Below are positions 27,001 to 42,000 of a stretch of 64,000 bases of DNA, piece after piece. The stretch is from the human T2T-CHM13v2.0 reference genome, Homo sapiens: assembly GCF_009914755.1 (NCBI RefSeq), contig NC_060946.1. One strand, written 5' to 3'. Positions within the stretch are counted from its first letter, which is position 1. Each line of letters begins with the position of its first letter. The position numbers and the translations under genes are program-made. The notes beneath the pieces were generated by a model that worked only from the letters and a program-made list of their open reading frames with translations, did no database searches and was not told the DNA's origin.

Positions 27001-30000
27001 AGTGTTTGTCTCCCACCTGGGATTCCAGAACACTGCTTCGAAGGTCTCACTGTTTGTCCCTCACAAAAGATTCTAGAGCACTGCTGCTGGCTTCTGAGTG
27101 TTTTACTCTCACATAGGATTCCAGAAAACTGCTGCTGGGATCTGCGTGGTTGTCCCTCACATGGGATTCCAGAACACTGCTGCTGGGTTCTGAGTGTTTG
27201 TCACTCACATACGATTCCAGAACACTGCTGACGGGTTTTGAGATTTTGTCTCTCATATGGGATTCTAGAACACTGCTGCTGGGTTCTGAGGGTTTGTCAC
27301 ACATAGGATTCCAGAACACTGCTAGGAGGTTCCGTATGTTTGTCCCTCACATAGGATTCCAAAACACTGCTGCTGGGTTCCGTATGTTTGTACCTCACAA
27401 AGGATTCCTGAGCACTGCTGCTGGTTTCTGACTGTTTGTCCCTCAGAAAGGATTCCTGAACACAGTGGCTGGGTTCTGAGTGTTTGTTCTCCACATGGGA
27501 TTCCCAAATACTGCTACGACGTTCTGAATGCTTGTCTCTCACATAGGATTTCAGAACACTGTTGCTGGGTTCTGAAGGTGTGTCCCTCACGTAGGATTCT
27601 GGAACACTGCTCTGGGTCCTGAGATTTTGACCCACTTATAGGATTCCAGAACACTGCTATGAGGGTCTCAATGTTTTTTCCTCACAAAGTATTCCAGAAC
27701 ACTACATCTGGGTTCCGTTTGTTTGTGCCTCACAAAGGTTTCCAGAGCACAGCTGCTGGTTTCTGTGACTTTGTCCCTCACAAAGGATTCTTGAACACTT
27801 CTACTAGTGTCTGAATATTTGTCCCTCAGATAGGAATGCAGAACACATTGGCTGAGATCTGAGTGTTTGTCCCTCACTTAGAATTCCAGAACACTGCTGC
27901 TGGGTTCTGAGTGTTGTCCCTCACATAGGATTCCAGAATCCTACTGATGGGTTCTGAGTGTTTGTCACCCACATAGTATTCCGGAAGAATGCTGCTGTGT
28001 TCTGAGTGTTTGTATCTGACATAGGATTCCAGAAAAATGGTGCTGTCTTCTGAGTATTTGTCCAACACATAGGATTCCAGAACACTGCTGTTGCATTCTG
28101 AGTGTTTGTCCCTCATATAGAATTCCAGAACTCTGCTGCTGGGTTCTGACTGTCTGTCCCTCACATACGATTCCCGAACACTCCTAGGAGGTACTGAATG
28201 TTTTTCCCTCACATAGGTTTCCAAAACACAGCTGCTGGATTCTGTATGTTTCTCCCTCACAAAGGATTCCTGAGCACTGCTGCTGTGTTCTGAGTGTTTG
28301 TTCCTCACATAGGAATCCGGAACACTTCTGTTGCTTTCTTAGTGTTTCTCCCTCAAATAGGATTCCAGAACACTACTACGACGGTCTGAATATTTGTCCA
28401 TCACAAAGGAATCCAGAACACTGCTGCTGGGTTCTGAGTGTTTGTCCCTAACATAGGATGCCAGAACACTGCTTCGAGGGTCTCAAGGTTTGTCCCTCAC
28501 AAAGGATTCTAGACAACTGCTGCTGCCTTCTGAGTGTTTGTCACTCACATAGGATTCCGGAAAACTGCTGCTGGTTTCTGAGTGTTTGTCCCTCACATGG
28601 TATTCCAGAAGACTGCTGCTGGGTTCTGAGTGTTTGTCACTCACATAGGATTCCAGAACACTGCTGTTGGGTTCTGAGTGTTTGTCACTCACATAGGATC
28701 CAGAACACGGCTGCAGGGATCTGAGTGTTTGCCCCTCACATAGGATTCCAGAACATGGCTGCTGGGTTCTGAATGTTTGTCCCTCCCAAATGATTCCTGG
28801 GCACTGCTGCTGGGTTTTGAGTGTTTGTCTCTCACATTGGATTCGTGAACACTGCTACGAAGTTATGAATCTTTGTCACTCACACGGCATTCCAAAACAC
28901 TGCCTCTGGGTTCTGAGTGTCTGTCCCTCAAAAAGGATTCGATAACACTGTTACGAGGGTCTTTATGTTTTTCTCTCAGAAAGGATTCCAGAACACTGCT
29001 CTTGGGTTCTGTTTGTTTGTCCCTCAAAAAGGACTCAGAGCATTGCTGCTGGATTCAGAATGTTTGTCCCTCACATAGGATTCCAGAACACTTCGACGAG
29101 TGTCTGAATGTTTGTCCCTCAGATAAGATTCCAGAACACAGTGGCTGTGCTTTGAGTGCTTGTCTTTTACATAAGATTCCAGAACACTGCTATTAAGTTT
29201 TGAATATTTGTCACTCACATAGGATTGAAGAACACTGCTGCTGTGTTCTGTGCTTTTATTCCTCACATAGGATTCCAGAACACTGTTGCTGGGTTTTGAG
29301 AGTTTGTCCCTCACATAGGATTCCAGAACACTACTACGGGGATCTGAATGTTTTTCCCTCACAAACGATTCCAGAACACTGCTGCTGGCTTTGTTTGTTT
29401 ATCCTCACAAAGGATTCCAAAACACAGCTGCTGGTTTCTGGGTGTTTTTCCAACACATAGGATTCCGGAACACTTATATGAGTGCCTGAATGTTTGTCTC
29501 TCTGATAGGATTCCAGAAAACAGCGGCTGGGTTCTGACTGTTTGTCCCTCCCATAAGATTCCAGAACACTTCTGCTGGGTTCTGAGTGTTTGTCCCCAAC
29601 ATAGGATTCCACAACACTGCCACTGGGTTCTGAGTGTTTGTCCCGCACCTGAGATTCCAGAACACTGCTACTAAGTTCTGAATCTTTGTCGCTCACACAG
29701 GATTCCAAAACACTGCTGCTGGGTTCTGAGTGTTTGTCCCTGACATAGGATTCCAGACCACGGCTGCTGGGTTCTGAGTGTTTGTCCCTCACATGGGATT
29801 CCAGAACACTGCTGGTTGGTTCAGAGTGTTTGTCCATCACATAGGATTCCGGAACGCTGCTGCTGGGTTCTGAGTGTTTGTCCCTCCATAGGATTCCAGA
29901 ACACTTCTGCTAGGTTCTGAGTGTGTGTCCCTCACATAGAATTCCACAACACTGCTGCTGGATTCTGAGTGTTTATCCCTCACATAGGATTCCAGAACAC

Positions 30001-33000
30001 TGCTATAGGGTTCTGAGTGTTTGCCCCTCACATAGGATGCCAGAACACTGCTACGAGTGTCTGAATGTTTGTCCTTAACAAAGGATTCCAGAACACTGCT
30101 GCTGGGTTCGGACTGTTTGTCCCTCACGTAGGATTCCAGAACATTGCTTCGAGTGTCTGAATGTTTGTCCCTCACAAAGGATTCTGCAACATTGCTGCTG
30201 GGTTCTGAGTGTTTCTCACTGATATAGGATTCCAGAACATGGCTGCTGGGTTCTGAGTGTTTGTTCCTCACATGGGATTCCAGAACACTTCTGCTGGGTT
30301 AAGAGTGTTTGTCACTCACACAGAATTTCAGAAAACTGCTAAGACGTTCTGAAGGTTTGTCCCTCACACAGGATTCCAGAACACTTCTGCTGGGTTCTGA
30401 GTGTTTGTTCCTCACATAGGATTCCAGAACACTGCTGCTGGGTTCTGTTTGTTTGTCCCTCACAAAGGATTACAGAGCACTGCTGCTGGGTTCTGAGTGT
30501 TTGTCTCTCACTTAGGAATCCAGAGCAATGCTGCTGGTTTCTGAGTGTTTGTCCCTCACATAGGATTCCGAAACATGGGTGCTGGGTTCTCAGTGTTTGT
30601 CCCTCACATAGGATACCAGAAAACTGCTGCTGGGTTCAGAGTGTTTGTCCCTCACATAGGATTCCAGAACACTGCTAGGAGGTTCTGAGAGTTTGTCCCT
30701 CACAATAGACTCCACAACACTGCTGCCGGGTTCTGAGAGTTTGTCCCTCACGTAGGATTCCAGAACACTGCTTCGAGTGTCTGAAGGTTTGTCCCTCACA
30801 AAGGATTGTAGAACACTGTTGCTCGGTTCTGAGTGTTTGTCCCTCACATGAGATTCCAGAAGACTGCTGCTGGGTTCTGAGAGATTGTCCCTCACAAAGG
30901 ATTCCAGAACACTGCTGTTGGGTTCTCTTTGTTTTTCCTCACAAAGGATTCCACAGCACCACTGCTGGTTTCTCAGTGTTTGGCCCTCACGTAGGATTCC
31001 AGAACAATTCTAGGAGTGTCTGAATGTTTGTCTCTCAGATAGTACTCCAGAACACAGTGGCTGCGTTCTGAGTGTTTGTCCCTCACATAGGATTCCAGAA
31101 CACTGCTGCTGGGTTCTGAGTGTTTGTCCCTCACACAAGATTTCAGAACACTGCTGCTGCGTTCTGAGTGTTTATCCCTCACATAGGATTCCAGAACGCT
31201 GATACTGGGTTCTGAGTGTTTGTATCTCACATGGGATCCTAGAACACACCTATGAGGGTCTAAAAGTTTGTCCATCACAAAGGATTCCAGAACACTGCTT
31301 CTGGGTTCTGAATGTTTGTCCTTCACATATGACTCCAGAACACTGTTTCGAGTGCCTGAGTGTTTGTCGCTCACATATGATTCCAGAACACAGTGGCTGG
31401 GTTTTTAGTGTTTGTCTCTCACATAGGATTTCAGAACACTGCTACGAGGTTATGAATGTTTGTCCCTCACAAAGGATTCCAGAACACTACTGCTGGGTTC
31501 TGAGTGCTTGTCCCTCACATAGGATTCCAGAACACTGCTGCTGGGTTCTGTTTGTTTGTCCGTCACAAAGGATTACAGAGCACTGCTGCTGGGTTCTGAG
31601 TGTTTGTCCCTCACATAGGATTACAGAACATTGCCGCTGGGTTCTGAGTGTTTGTACCTCCCATAGGATTCCAGAACACTGCTGCTGGGTTCTGAGTGTT
31701 TGTCCCTCACATTGGATTCGTGAACACTGCTATGAAATTCTGAATCTTTGCAGCTCACACGAGATTCCAAAACACTGCTGCTGCGTCCTGAGTGTTTGTC
31801 CCTCCCATAGGATTCCAGAACACTGTTAGGAGGGTCTTAATGTTTTTCTCTCAGAATGGATTCCAGAACACTGCTGCTGGGTTCTGTTTATTTGTCCCTC
31901 ACAAAGGACTCCAGAGCACTGCTGCTGGATTCTGAGTGTTTGTCCCTCACGTAGGATTCCAGAACAATTCTACTAGTGTCTGAATGTTTGTCCCTCCGAT
32001 AGGATTCCAGAACAGTGGCAGGGTTTTTAGTGTTTGTCCCTCACATAGGATTCCAGAACAATGCTACGAAGTTCTGAATGTTTGTCGCTCACATAGGATT
32101 CCAGAACACTGTTGCTGTATTCTGTGTGTTTGTCTCTCACATAGGATTCCAGAACACTGCTGATAGGTTCTGAGAGTTTTTCCATCACATAGGATTCCAG
32201 AACACTGCTACGAGTGTCTGAATGTTTTTCCCACACAAATGATTGCACAACACTGCGGCTGGTTCTGTTTGTTTTTCCGCTGAAATGATTCCAGAGCACA
32301 GCTGCTGGCTTCTGCGTGTTTTTCAATCACGTAGGATTCCAGAACAATTCTATGAGTGTCTGAATGTTTGTCTCTCACATAGGATTCCAGAACACTGCTG
32401 CTGGTTTCTGATTGTTTGTCCCTCACATAGGATTCCAGAACACTGCGGCTGGGTTCTGAGTGTTTGTCCCTCACATGGGATTCCAGAACACTGCTACGAA
32501 TTCTGAATCTTTGTCCTTCACACAGGATTATGATACACTGCTGCTGGGTTCTGAGGGTTTTTACCTCACATAGGGTTCCAGAACACTGCTACGAATTCTG
32601 AATCTTTGTCCTTCACACAGGATTATGATACACTGCTGCTGGGTTCTGAGGGTTTTTACCTCATATAGGGTTCCAGAACACTGCTGCTGGGTTCTGAGTG
32701 TTTGTCCCCGACATAGGATTCCAGAACAGAGATGCTGGGTTCTGAGTGTTTGTCACTCACATGGAATTCCAAAATACTGATGTTGGGTTCGGAGTGTTTC
32801 TCCCTCACATACGAATCCAGAACACTGCTATGAGTTTCTGAATGTTTGTCCCAAACAGAGGATTCCAGAACACTGCTGGTGGGTTATGAGTGTTGTCCCT
32901 CACATACGATTTGAGAACACTGCTGCTGGGTTGTGAGTGTTTTTCCCTCACATAGGATTCCAGAACACTGCTGCAGGGTTCTGAGTGTTTAGCCCTCACA

Positions 33001-36000
33001 TGGGATTCCAGAACACTGTTACGAATTTCTGAATCTTTCTCGATCACACAGGATTCCAAAACACTGCTGCCATTTTCTGAGTGTTTGTCCCTCACATAGG
33101 ATTCCAGAACACTGCTGCTGGGTTCTGAGAGTTTGTCCCTCACATATGATTCCAGAACACTTCTAGGACGGTCTGAATGTTTGTCCATCACAAAGGATTC
33201 CAGAACACTGCTGCTGGGTTCTGAGTGTTTGTCCCTCACATAGGATTTCAGAACACTTCTAGGACGGTCTGAATGTTTGTCCATCACAAAGGATTCCAGA
33301 ACACTACTGCTGGGTTCTGAGTGTTTGTCCCTCACATAGGATTTCAGAACACTTCTAGGACGGTCTGAATGTTTGTCCATCACAAAGGATTCCAGAACAC
33401 TGCTGCTGGGTTCTGAGTGTTTGTCCCTCACATAGGATTTCAGAACATAGCTTCAAGGGTCCCAATGTTTGTCCCTCACAAAGGAATCTAGAGCTCTGCT
33501 GCTGGTTCCTGTGTGTCACTCACATAGGATTCCAGAAAACTACTGCTGAGTTCGGAGTGTTTATCCCTCACATGGGACTTCCAGAACACTGCTTCTGGGT
33601 TCTGAGTGTCTCTCACAAAGGATTCCAGAACACTGCTGCTGGGTTCTGAGTGTTTGTCCCGCACATAGGATTCCAGGAGACAACTACTGTGTTCTGAATG
33701 TTTGTCCCTCACATAGGATTCCAAAACACTTCTACGAGTGTCTGAAATTTGTTCCTCAGGTAGTATTCCAGAACACAGTGGCTGGGTTCTGAATGTTTGT
33801 CCCTCACACAGGATTCCGGAACACTACTGCTGGGTTTTGAGGATTTGTCCCTAACATTGGATTCCCGAACCCAGCCACTGTGTTCTGAGTGATTGTCCCT
33901 CACATATGATTCCAGAACACTGCTTCGAGGGTCTGCAGGTTTGTCCCTGACAAAGGATTCTAGAACACTGCTGCTGATTTCTGAGTGTTTGTCCCTCACA
34001 TGGTATTACAAAACACCGCTGCTGGGTTCAGGGTGTTTGTTCCTCACATATGATTCCAGAACACTGCTACGAGATTCCGAATTTTTGTCCCTCACAAACG
34101 ATTCTAGAACATTGCTGCTGTGTTGTGAGTGTTTGTTCCTCATATAGGATTCCAGAACACAGTGGCTGGGTACTGAGCGTTTGTCCCTCACAAAGATTCT
34201 AGAACACTGCTCTGGGTCCTGAGTGTTTGTCCCTTAAATAAGACTCCAGAACACTTCTGCTGGGTTATGAGTGTTTGTCACTGACATAGGATTCCAGAAC
34301 ACTGCTGCTGGGTTCTGAGGGGTTGTCCCTCACATGGGATTCCAGAACACTGCAGCTGGGTTCTCAGTGTTAGTCCCTCACATAGGATTCCAGAATATTG
34401 CTACTGGATTCTGAGAGTTTTTCACTCACATAGGATTTCAGAACACTGCTAAGATGTTCTGAATGTTTGTCTCTCAAAAATGATTCTAGAAAACTGCTGC
34501 TGGGTTCTGAGTGTTTGTCCCTCACAAAGGATTCTAGGACACTGCTGCTGGGATCTGAGTGTTTGTCCCTCACATAGGATTCCAGAACACTGCTGCTGCG
34601 TTCTGAGTGGTTTTCACTCACATGGGATTCCAGAACACTGGTGCTGAGTTCTGAGGGTTTGTCCCTCACACAGGATTCCAAAACACAGCTGCTGGGTCTG
34701 AGTGTTTGTCCGTCACATAGCATTCCAGAACACTGTTGCTGGTTTCTGAGAGTTTGTCACTCACATAGGATTCCAAAAGCCTGCTTCTCGGTTCTGTATG
34801 TTTGTCTCTCACAAAGGATTCCCGAGCACTGCTGTTGGGTTCTGAGTTTTTGTCCCACACATAGGATTCCAGAACACGTCTACGATTATCTGAAAGTTTG
34901 TCCCTCAGATAGCATTCCAGAACCCACTTGCTGGGTTCTGAGTGTTTGTCCCTCACGTGGGATTCCAAAACACTGCTGCAGGGATGGGGGTGTTTGTTGC
35001 TCACAAGGGATTCCAGAACACTGCTAGGATGTTCTGAATGTTAGTCCCTCACAGAGTATTCTAAAACAATGCTGCTGGGTTCCGAGTGCTTTTCCCTCAC
35101 AAAGGATTGTAGAACACTGCTGCTGGGATCTGAGTGTTTCTCCCTCACATACGATTCCAGAACACTTCTTCGAGGGTCTGAAATTTTGTTCCTCATAAAG
35201 GAAACTAGAACACTGCTGCTGGGTTCTGATTGTTTTTCACTCACATAGGATTCCAGAACACTGCTGCTGGTTTCTGAGGGTTTGTCCCTCACATACGAGT
35301 CCAGAACACACCTACGAGAGTCTGAATGTTTGTCTATCACAAAGGATTCCAGAACACTACTGCTGGATTCTGAGTGTTTGTCCCGCACATGGGATACCAG
35401 AACCCTGCTGCTGGGTTTTGAGTGTTTGTCCCTCACATAGGATTCCAGAGCACAGCTGCTGGGTTCTGACTGTTGTACCTCACATAGGATTCCAGAACAC
35501 TGCTGCTGGGTTCTGAGCACTTGTCCCTCACATGGGATTCCAGAACACTGATGCTGGATTCAGAATGTTTGTCCCTCACATATGATTCCAGAGCACTGCT
35601 AGGAGGTTCTGAATGTTAGTCCCTCAAAAAGGATTCTAGAAAACTGCTGCTGGGTTTTGAGTGTTTTTTTCTCACAAAGGATTCCAGAACGCTGCTGCTG
35701 GGTTCTGAGTGCTTGTCCCTCACAAAGGATTCTAGAATACTGCTGCTGGGTTCTGAGGGTGTGTCCCTCATATAGGATTCCAGAACACTGCTGCTGGGTT
35801 CTGAGTGTTTATAACACACATAGTATTCTAGAACACTGCTGCTGGCTTCTGAGTGTTTGTCCCTCACATAGAATTCCAGAATACTGCTACGAAGTTCTGA
35901 AAGTTTGTCGCTGACATAAGATTCCAGAACACTGCTGCTGTGTTCTGAGTGGTTTTCCCTCATATAGGATTCCAGATCACTGCTGCTGGGTTCTGAGTGT

Positions 36001-39000
36001 TTGTCCCTTACATGGGATTCCAGAACAGTGCTACGAGGGTCTGAGAGTTTATCCCTCACAAAGGCTTCCAGAACACTGCTGCTGGGTTCTGAGTGTTTCT
36101 CCCTCATATTGGATTCCAGAACAATACTACGAGGGTCTGAATGTTTTTCCCTCGCATGTGATTCCAGAACATGGTTACGAGGGTGTGAAATTTTTCCTTT
36201 CCAAATGACTCCAGAACACTGCTTCTAGGTTCTGAGTGTTTGTCCCTCATATAGGATGCCAGAATCCTGCTACGAGGGTCTGAATGTTTTTCCCACACGT
36301 AGTATTCCAAAACACTGCTACGAGGTTCTGAATGTCTTTCCCTCACAAAGGATTGTAGAACACTGCTACTGGGTTCTGTTTGTTTATCCCTCACAAAGTA
36401 TTCAAGAGAACTGCTGCTGATTTCTTAGTGTTTCTCCCTTACATAGGAATCCAGAAAACTTCTACAAGGTACTGAATGTTTGCCCTCAGATTGGATTCCA
36501 GTACACAGTGGCTGGATTATGAGTTTTTGTCCCTCACATAGGATTCCAGAACACTGTTACGAGGTTATGAATGCTTGTCCCTCACAAAGGATTCTAGAAC
36601 ACTGCTGCTGGGTTCTGAGTGTTTGTCCTTCACATTGGACTCCAGAACACTGCTGCTGGATTCTGAGTGTTTGTCGGTCACCTAGGATTCCAGAATACTG
36701 CTGCTGGGTTCTGTGCATTTGTCCCTCACATAGAATTCCAGAACACTGCTATGAAGTTCTGAAAGTTTGTCTCTCACATGAGATTCCACCAAACTGCTGT
36801 TGGATTCTGAGTGTCTGTCCCCCATATAGGATTCCAGAGCACTGCTGCTGGGTTCTGAGTTTTTGTTCCTCAAATAGGATTCCAGAACACTGTTATGAGC
36901 GTGTGAATGTTTTTCCCAACCAAAGGATACCGGAACACTGCTGCTAGGTTGTGAGTGTTTGTTCCTCAAAAAGGATTCCAGAACACTGCTACGAGAGTCT
37001 GAATGTTTTTCCCTCACAAAGCATTGTAGAACACTGAACCTGGGTTCTGTTTGTTTGTCCCTCACAAAGGATTACAGAGCGATGCTCCAGATTTCTTAGG
37101 GTTTGTCCCTCACATAGGATACCAGAACAATTCTCCGAGGTTCTGAATGTTTGCCCTCAAGTAGGATTCCAGTACACAGCCTCTGGATTCTGAGTGTTTG
37201 TCCCTCACATAGGATTCTAGAACACTTCTACGAGATTCTGATTGTTTTTCCCTCACAAAGGATTCTAGAACACTGCTTCTGGGTTCTGAGTGTTTGTTCC
37301 CTCACAAAGGATTCTAGAAGAGTGCTGCTGTGTTCTCTGGTTTAGTCCCTCACATAGGATTCGAGAACACTGTTGCTGGGTTCTGAATGTTTGTCCCTCA
37401 CGTTGGATTCCAGAACACTGCAGCTGGCTTCTGAGTGTTTATTCCTCACATAGAATTCCAGAACACCGCTATGAAATTCTGAAACTGTGTCGCTTACATA
37501 GGATTTCAGAACACTGCTGCTTGGTTCTGAGTGTCTGTCCCTCACTTAGGATTCCAGAACACTGCTACGAGGGTCGGAATGTTTATCCCTCACAAAGGTT
37601 TCCAGAACAATGCTACTGGGTTCTGAGTGTCCCTCATGTTGGATTTGAGAACACTGCAGTGAGGGTCTGAATGTTTTTCCCTCACATAGGATTCCAGAAG
37701 ACTGCTACAAGGTCTGAATATTTTTCCCTCACAAAGGATTGTACAATGCTCCTACTGAGTTCTGTTAGTTTGTCCTCAGAAAAGATTCCAGAACACTGCC
37801 ACAGATTTCTTAGTGTGTGTCCCTCACTTAGGATTCCAGAACACTTCTCCGAGGTTCTGAATGTTTAGCCTCAGATAGCATTCCAGTACACAGTGGTTGG
37901 ATTTTGAGTGTTTGCCCCTCACATAGGATTCCAGAACAGTGTTACGAGGTTCTGAATGTTTGTCCCTCACAAAGTATTCTAGAACACTTCTGCTGAGTTC
38001 TGAGTGTTTGTCCCTCACAAAGGATTCTAGAACACTGCTGCTGGATTCTGTGTGTTTGTCCATCACATAGGATTCCAGAACACTGCTGTTGGTTTCTGAG
38101 TGTTTGTCCCTCACTGCCATCTGAGTGTTTGTCCATGACATAGAAATCCACAACACTGCTACGATGTTCTGAAAGTTTGTCACACACATAGGATTCCAGA
38201 ACACTGCTGCAGCGTTCTGAGTGTTTGTCCCTCACATAAGATTCCAGAACAGTGCTACAAGGGTCTGAATGTTTATCAGTCACAAAGTGTTTCAGATCAC
38301 TGCTACTGAGTTGTTAGCATTTGTCCCTCATATTGGATTCCAGAACAATACCAAGAGGGCCCGAATGTCTTTCCAACACATAGGTTTCCAGAACACTGTT
38401 TCTATAGTTTGAATGTTTTTCCCTACCAAAGGATTCCAGAAGATTACTGCTGGATTCTGAGTGTTTGTCCCACATATAGGATTCCAAATCACTGCAACGA
38501 GGGTCTGAATGCTTTTCCCTCACATAGGATTCAAGAACACTGCTAAGATGGTCTGAATGTCTTTCCCTCAGAAAGGATTGTAGAACACTGCTACTGGGTT
38601 ATGTTTGTTTGCCCCTCACAATGGATTCCAGAGCACTGCTGCAGATTTCTTAGAGTTTGTCCCACACATAGGATTCCAGAACACTTCTATGGGGTTCTGA
38701 ATGTTTGCCCTCAGCTAGAATTCAAGTACACAATGGCTGGATTCTGAGTGTTTGTCCCTCACATAGGATTCCAGAACACTGTTACCAGGTTCTGAATGTT
38801 TGACTCTCACAAAGGATTCTAGAACAATGATGCTGGGTTCTGAGTGTTTGTCCCTCACAAAGGATTCTAGAACACTGCTGATGGGTTCTGAGTGTTTGTC
38901 ACTCTCATAGGATTCCAGAACACTGCTGCTGGGTTCTGAGTGTTTGTCCCTCACTTAGGATTCAAGAACACTGCTGCTGGCTTCTCAGAGTTTGTCCCTC

Positions 39001-42000
39001 ATATAGAATTCCAGAACACTGCTAGGAAGTTCAGAAAGTTTGTCGCTCGCATGGGATTCCAGAACACTGCTGCTGGGTTGTGAGTGTTTGTTTCACTCAT
39101 AGGATTCCAGAACACTGCTTCTGGATTCTGAGTGTTTGTTCCTCACATAGGATTCCAATACACTGCTGTTGGGTTCTGAGTGTTTATCCCTCACAAAGTT
39201 TTCCAGAACACTGCTACTGGGTTCTGAGTGTTTGCCCTTATATTGGATTCCAGAACAATGCTACGAGTGTCTGAATGTTTTTCCCTCACATAGGATTCCA
39301 GAACACTGTTATGAGGGTGTGAATATTTTCCCTCCTAAAGGATTCCAGAACACTGCTGCTGGGTTCTGAGTGTTTGTCCCTGAGATAGGATTCCAGATCA
39401 CAGCTTCGAGGGTCTGAATGTTTTTCCCTCACATAGGATTCCAGAACACTGCTACGAGGTTCTGAATGTTTTTCTCTCACAGAGGATTGTAGGACATTGC
39501 TACTGGGTTCTGTTTGCTTGTCCCTCACAAAGGAATCCAGAGCACTGCTGCAGATGTCTTAGTGTTTATCCCTCACATACGATTCCAGAACACTTCTATG
39601 AGGTTCTGAATGTTTGCACTAATATATTATTCCAGTACACAGTGGCTGGATTCTGAGTATTTGTCCCTCAGATAGGATCCCAGAACACTGCTACGAGGAT
39701 CTGAATGTTTTTACCTCACAAAGGATTTTAGAACACTGCAACTGGGTTATGTTTTTTGGTCCCACACAAAGAATTCCAGGGCACTGCTGCAGACTTCTTA
39801 GTGTTTGTCCCTCACGTAGGATTCCAGAACACTGTGACGAGGTTCGGAATGTTTGCTCTCAGATAGGATTCCAGTACACTGTGGCTGGATACTGAGTGTT
39901 TGTCCCTCACATAGAATTCCAGAACACTGCTACGAGGTTCTGCATGTTTGTCCTTCACAAAGGATTCTAGAACACTTCGGTTGGTTTCTGTTTGTCCCTC
40001 ACAAAGGATTCTAGAACATTGCTGCTAGGTTCTGAGGATTTGTACCTCACATAGGATTCCAGAACACTGTTAGGAGGGTCTGAATTTTTGTCCCTCACAT
40101 AGAATTCCAGAACACTGCTGCTGATTTCTCAGTGATTGTCCCTCACAGAGAATTCCAGAGCACTGCTACGAAATTCAGAAAGTTTGTCACTCACATAGGA
40201 TTCCAGAACACTGCTGCTGGGTTCTAGTGTTTGTCTCTCACATAAGATTGCAAAACACTGCTACGAGGTTCTGAATGTTTATCCCTCATAAAGGTTTCCA
40301 GGAAACTGCTGCTGGGTTCTGAGTGGTTGCCCTCATATTGTCTTCCAAAACAATGGTAGGAGTGTCTGAATGTTTTTCCCTCACCTAGGATTCCAGAACA
40401 CTGTTAGGAGGGTGTGAAAGTTTTTCCCTCCTAAAGGATTACAGAACACTGCTGCGGGGTTCTGAGTGTTTGTCCCTCACAAAAGATTCTAGAATACTGC
40501 TCCTGGGTTCTGTGTCTTTGTCCATCACATAGGATTCCAGAACACTGCTGCTGGGTTCTGAGTGTTTGTCCATAACATAGGATACCAGAACACTGCTGCT
40601 GGGTTCTGAGTGTTTGACCCTCTCATAGGATTCCAGAACACTGCTGTTGGGTTCTCAGTGTTTCTCCCTCACATAGGATTCCAGAACACTGCTACAAGTT
40701 TCTGAAGGTTTTTCCTTCACAAAGGATTCCAGAACACTGCTGCGGGGTTCTGTGTGTTTGTCAATCAAATATGATTCCGGAACACTTCTGCTCGGTTCTT
40801 AGTGTTTGCCACTCACATATGATTCCTGAACACTTCTACAAGGGTCTCAAAGTTTGTCACTCACATAGGATTCCAGAACACTTCTAGGAGGGTCTGAATG
40901 TGTGTCCTTCACAATGGATTCCAAAACACACTGGTGGATTCTGAGGATTTCTCCCTCACATAGGATTCCAGAACTCTGCTGCTGGTTTTCCAGAACACTG
41001 CTGATGGGTTCTGTGTCTTTGCCAATCAAATAGGATTCCAGAACACTGCTGCTGGGTTCTGAGTGTTTGTCCTACATATAGGTTTCCAGAACACTGCTAC
41101 GAGTGTCTGAATGTTTGTCACTCACATAGGATTAGAGAATACTGCTAAGAGGGTCTGAATCTATGTCCCTCACAAAGGATTCCAGAACACTGCTGCTGGG
41201 TTCTGAGTAATTGTCACTTAGGATTACAGAACACTGCTACAAGGTTCTGAATATTTGTCCCTCACATCGGATTCCAGAACACTGGTACAAAGGTCTGAAA
41301 GCTTTTCCCTCACATCATTTTCGAGAAACTGCTCCTGGGTTCTTGGTGTTTACCCTCACATAGTATTCCAGAAAACTTCTCCGTGGTTCTGAATGTTTGT
41401 CCCTCACAAAGGATTCCAGAACACTGCTGCTGGGTTCTGAGTTTCTGTCACTCACATAGGATTCTAGGACAATTTTTCTGGGTTCTGAGTGAGCCTCACA
41501 TCTTATTCCAGAACACTGCTATGAGGGTCTGAAACTTTGTTCCTCACAAAGGATTCCAGAACTCTGCTGCCGTGTTCTGAGTGTTTGTCCCTTACATAGC
41601 AATCTGGAACACTGCTGCTGGGATATGAGAGTTTGTCCCACACATAGGATTCCAGAACACTGCTGCTGGGTTCCGAGTGTTTGTCCCTCAAAAAGGATTC
41701 CGGAATACTGCTACTGGGTTCTGATTGTTTGTCCCTCTCATAGGATTCCAGAACACTGGTACGACGGTCTTAAGGATTCTCCGCAACATAGCATTCCAGA
41801 ACATTGCTACGATGGTCTGAATGCTAGTCCCTCACATGGGATTCCAGAACACTGTTGCTGGGTTCTGAGTGTTTGTCCTTCACATAGGATTCCAGAACAC
41901 TGCTGCTAGTTTCTGAGTGTTTGTCCCTCACATAGGATCCCAGAACTCTGATGCAAGGGTCTGAATGTTACTCCCTCAGATAGGATTCCAGAACACTGCT

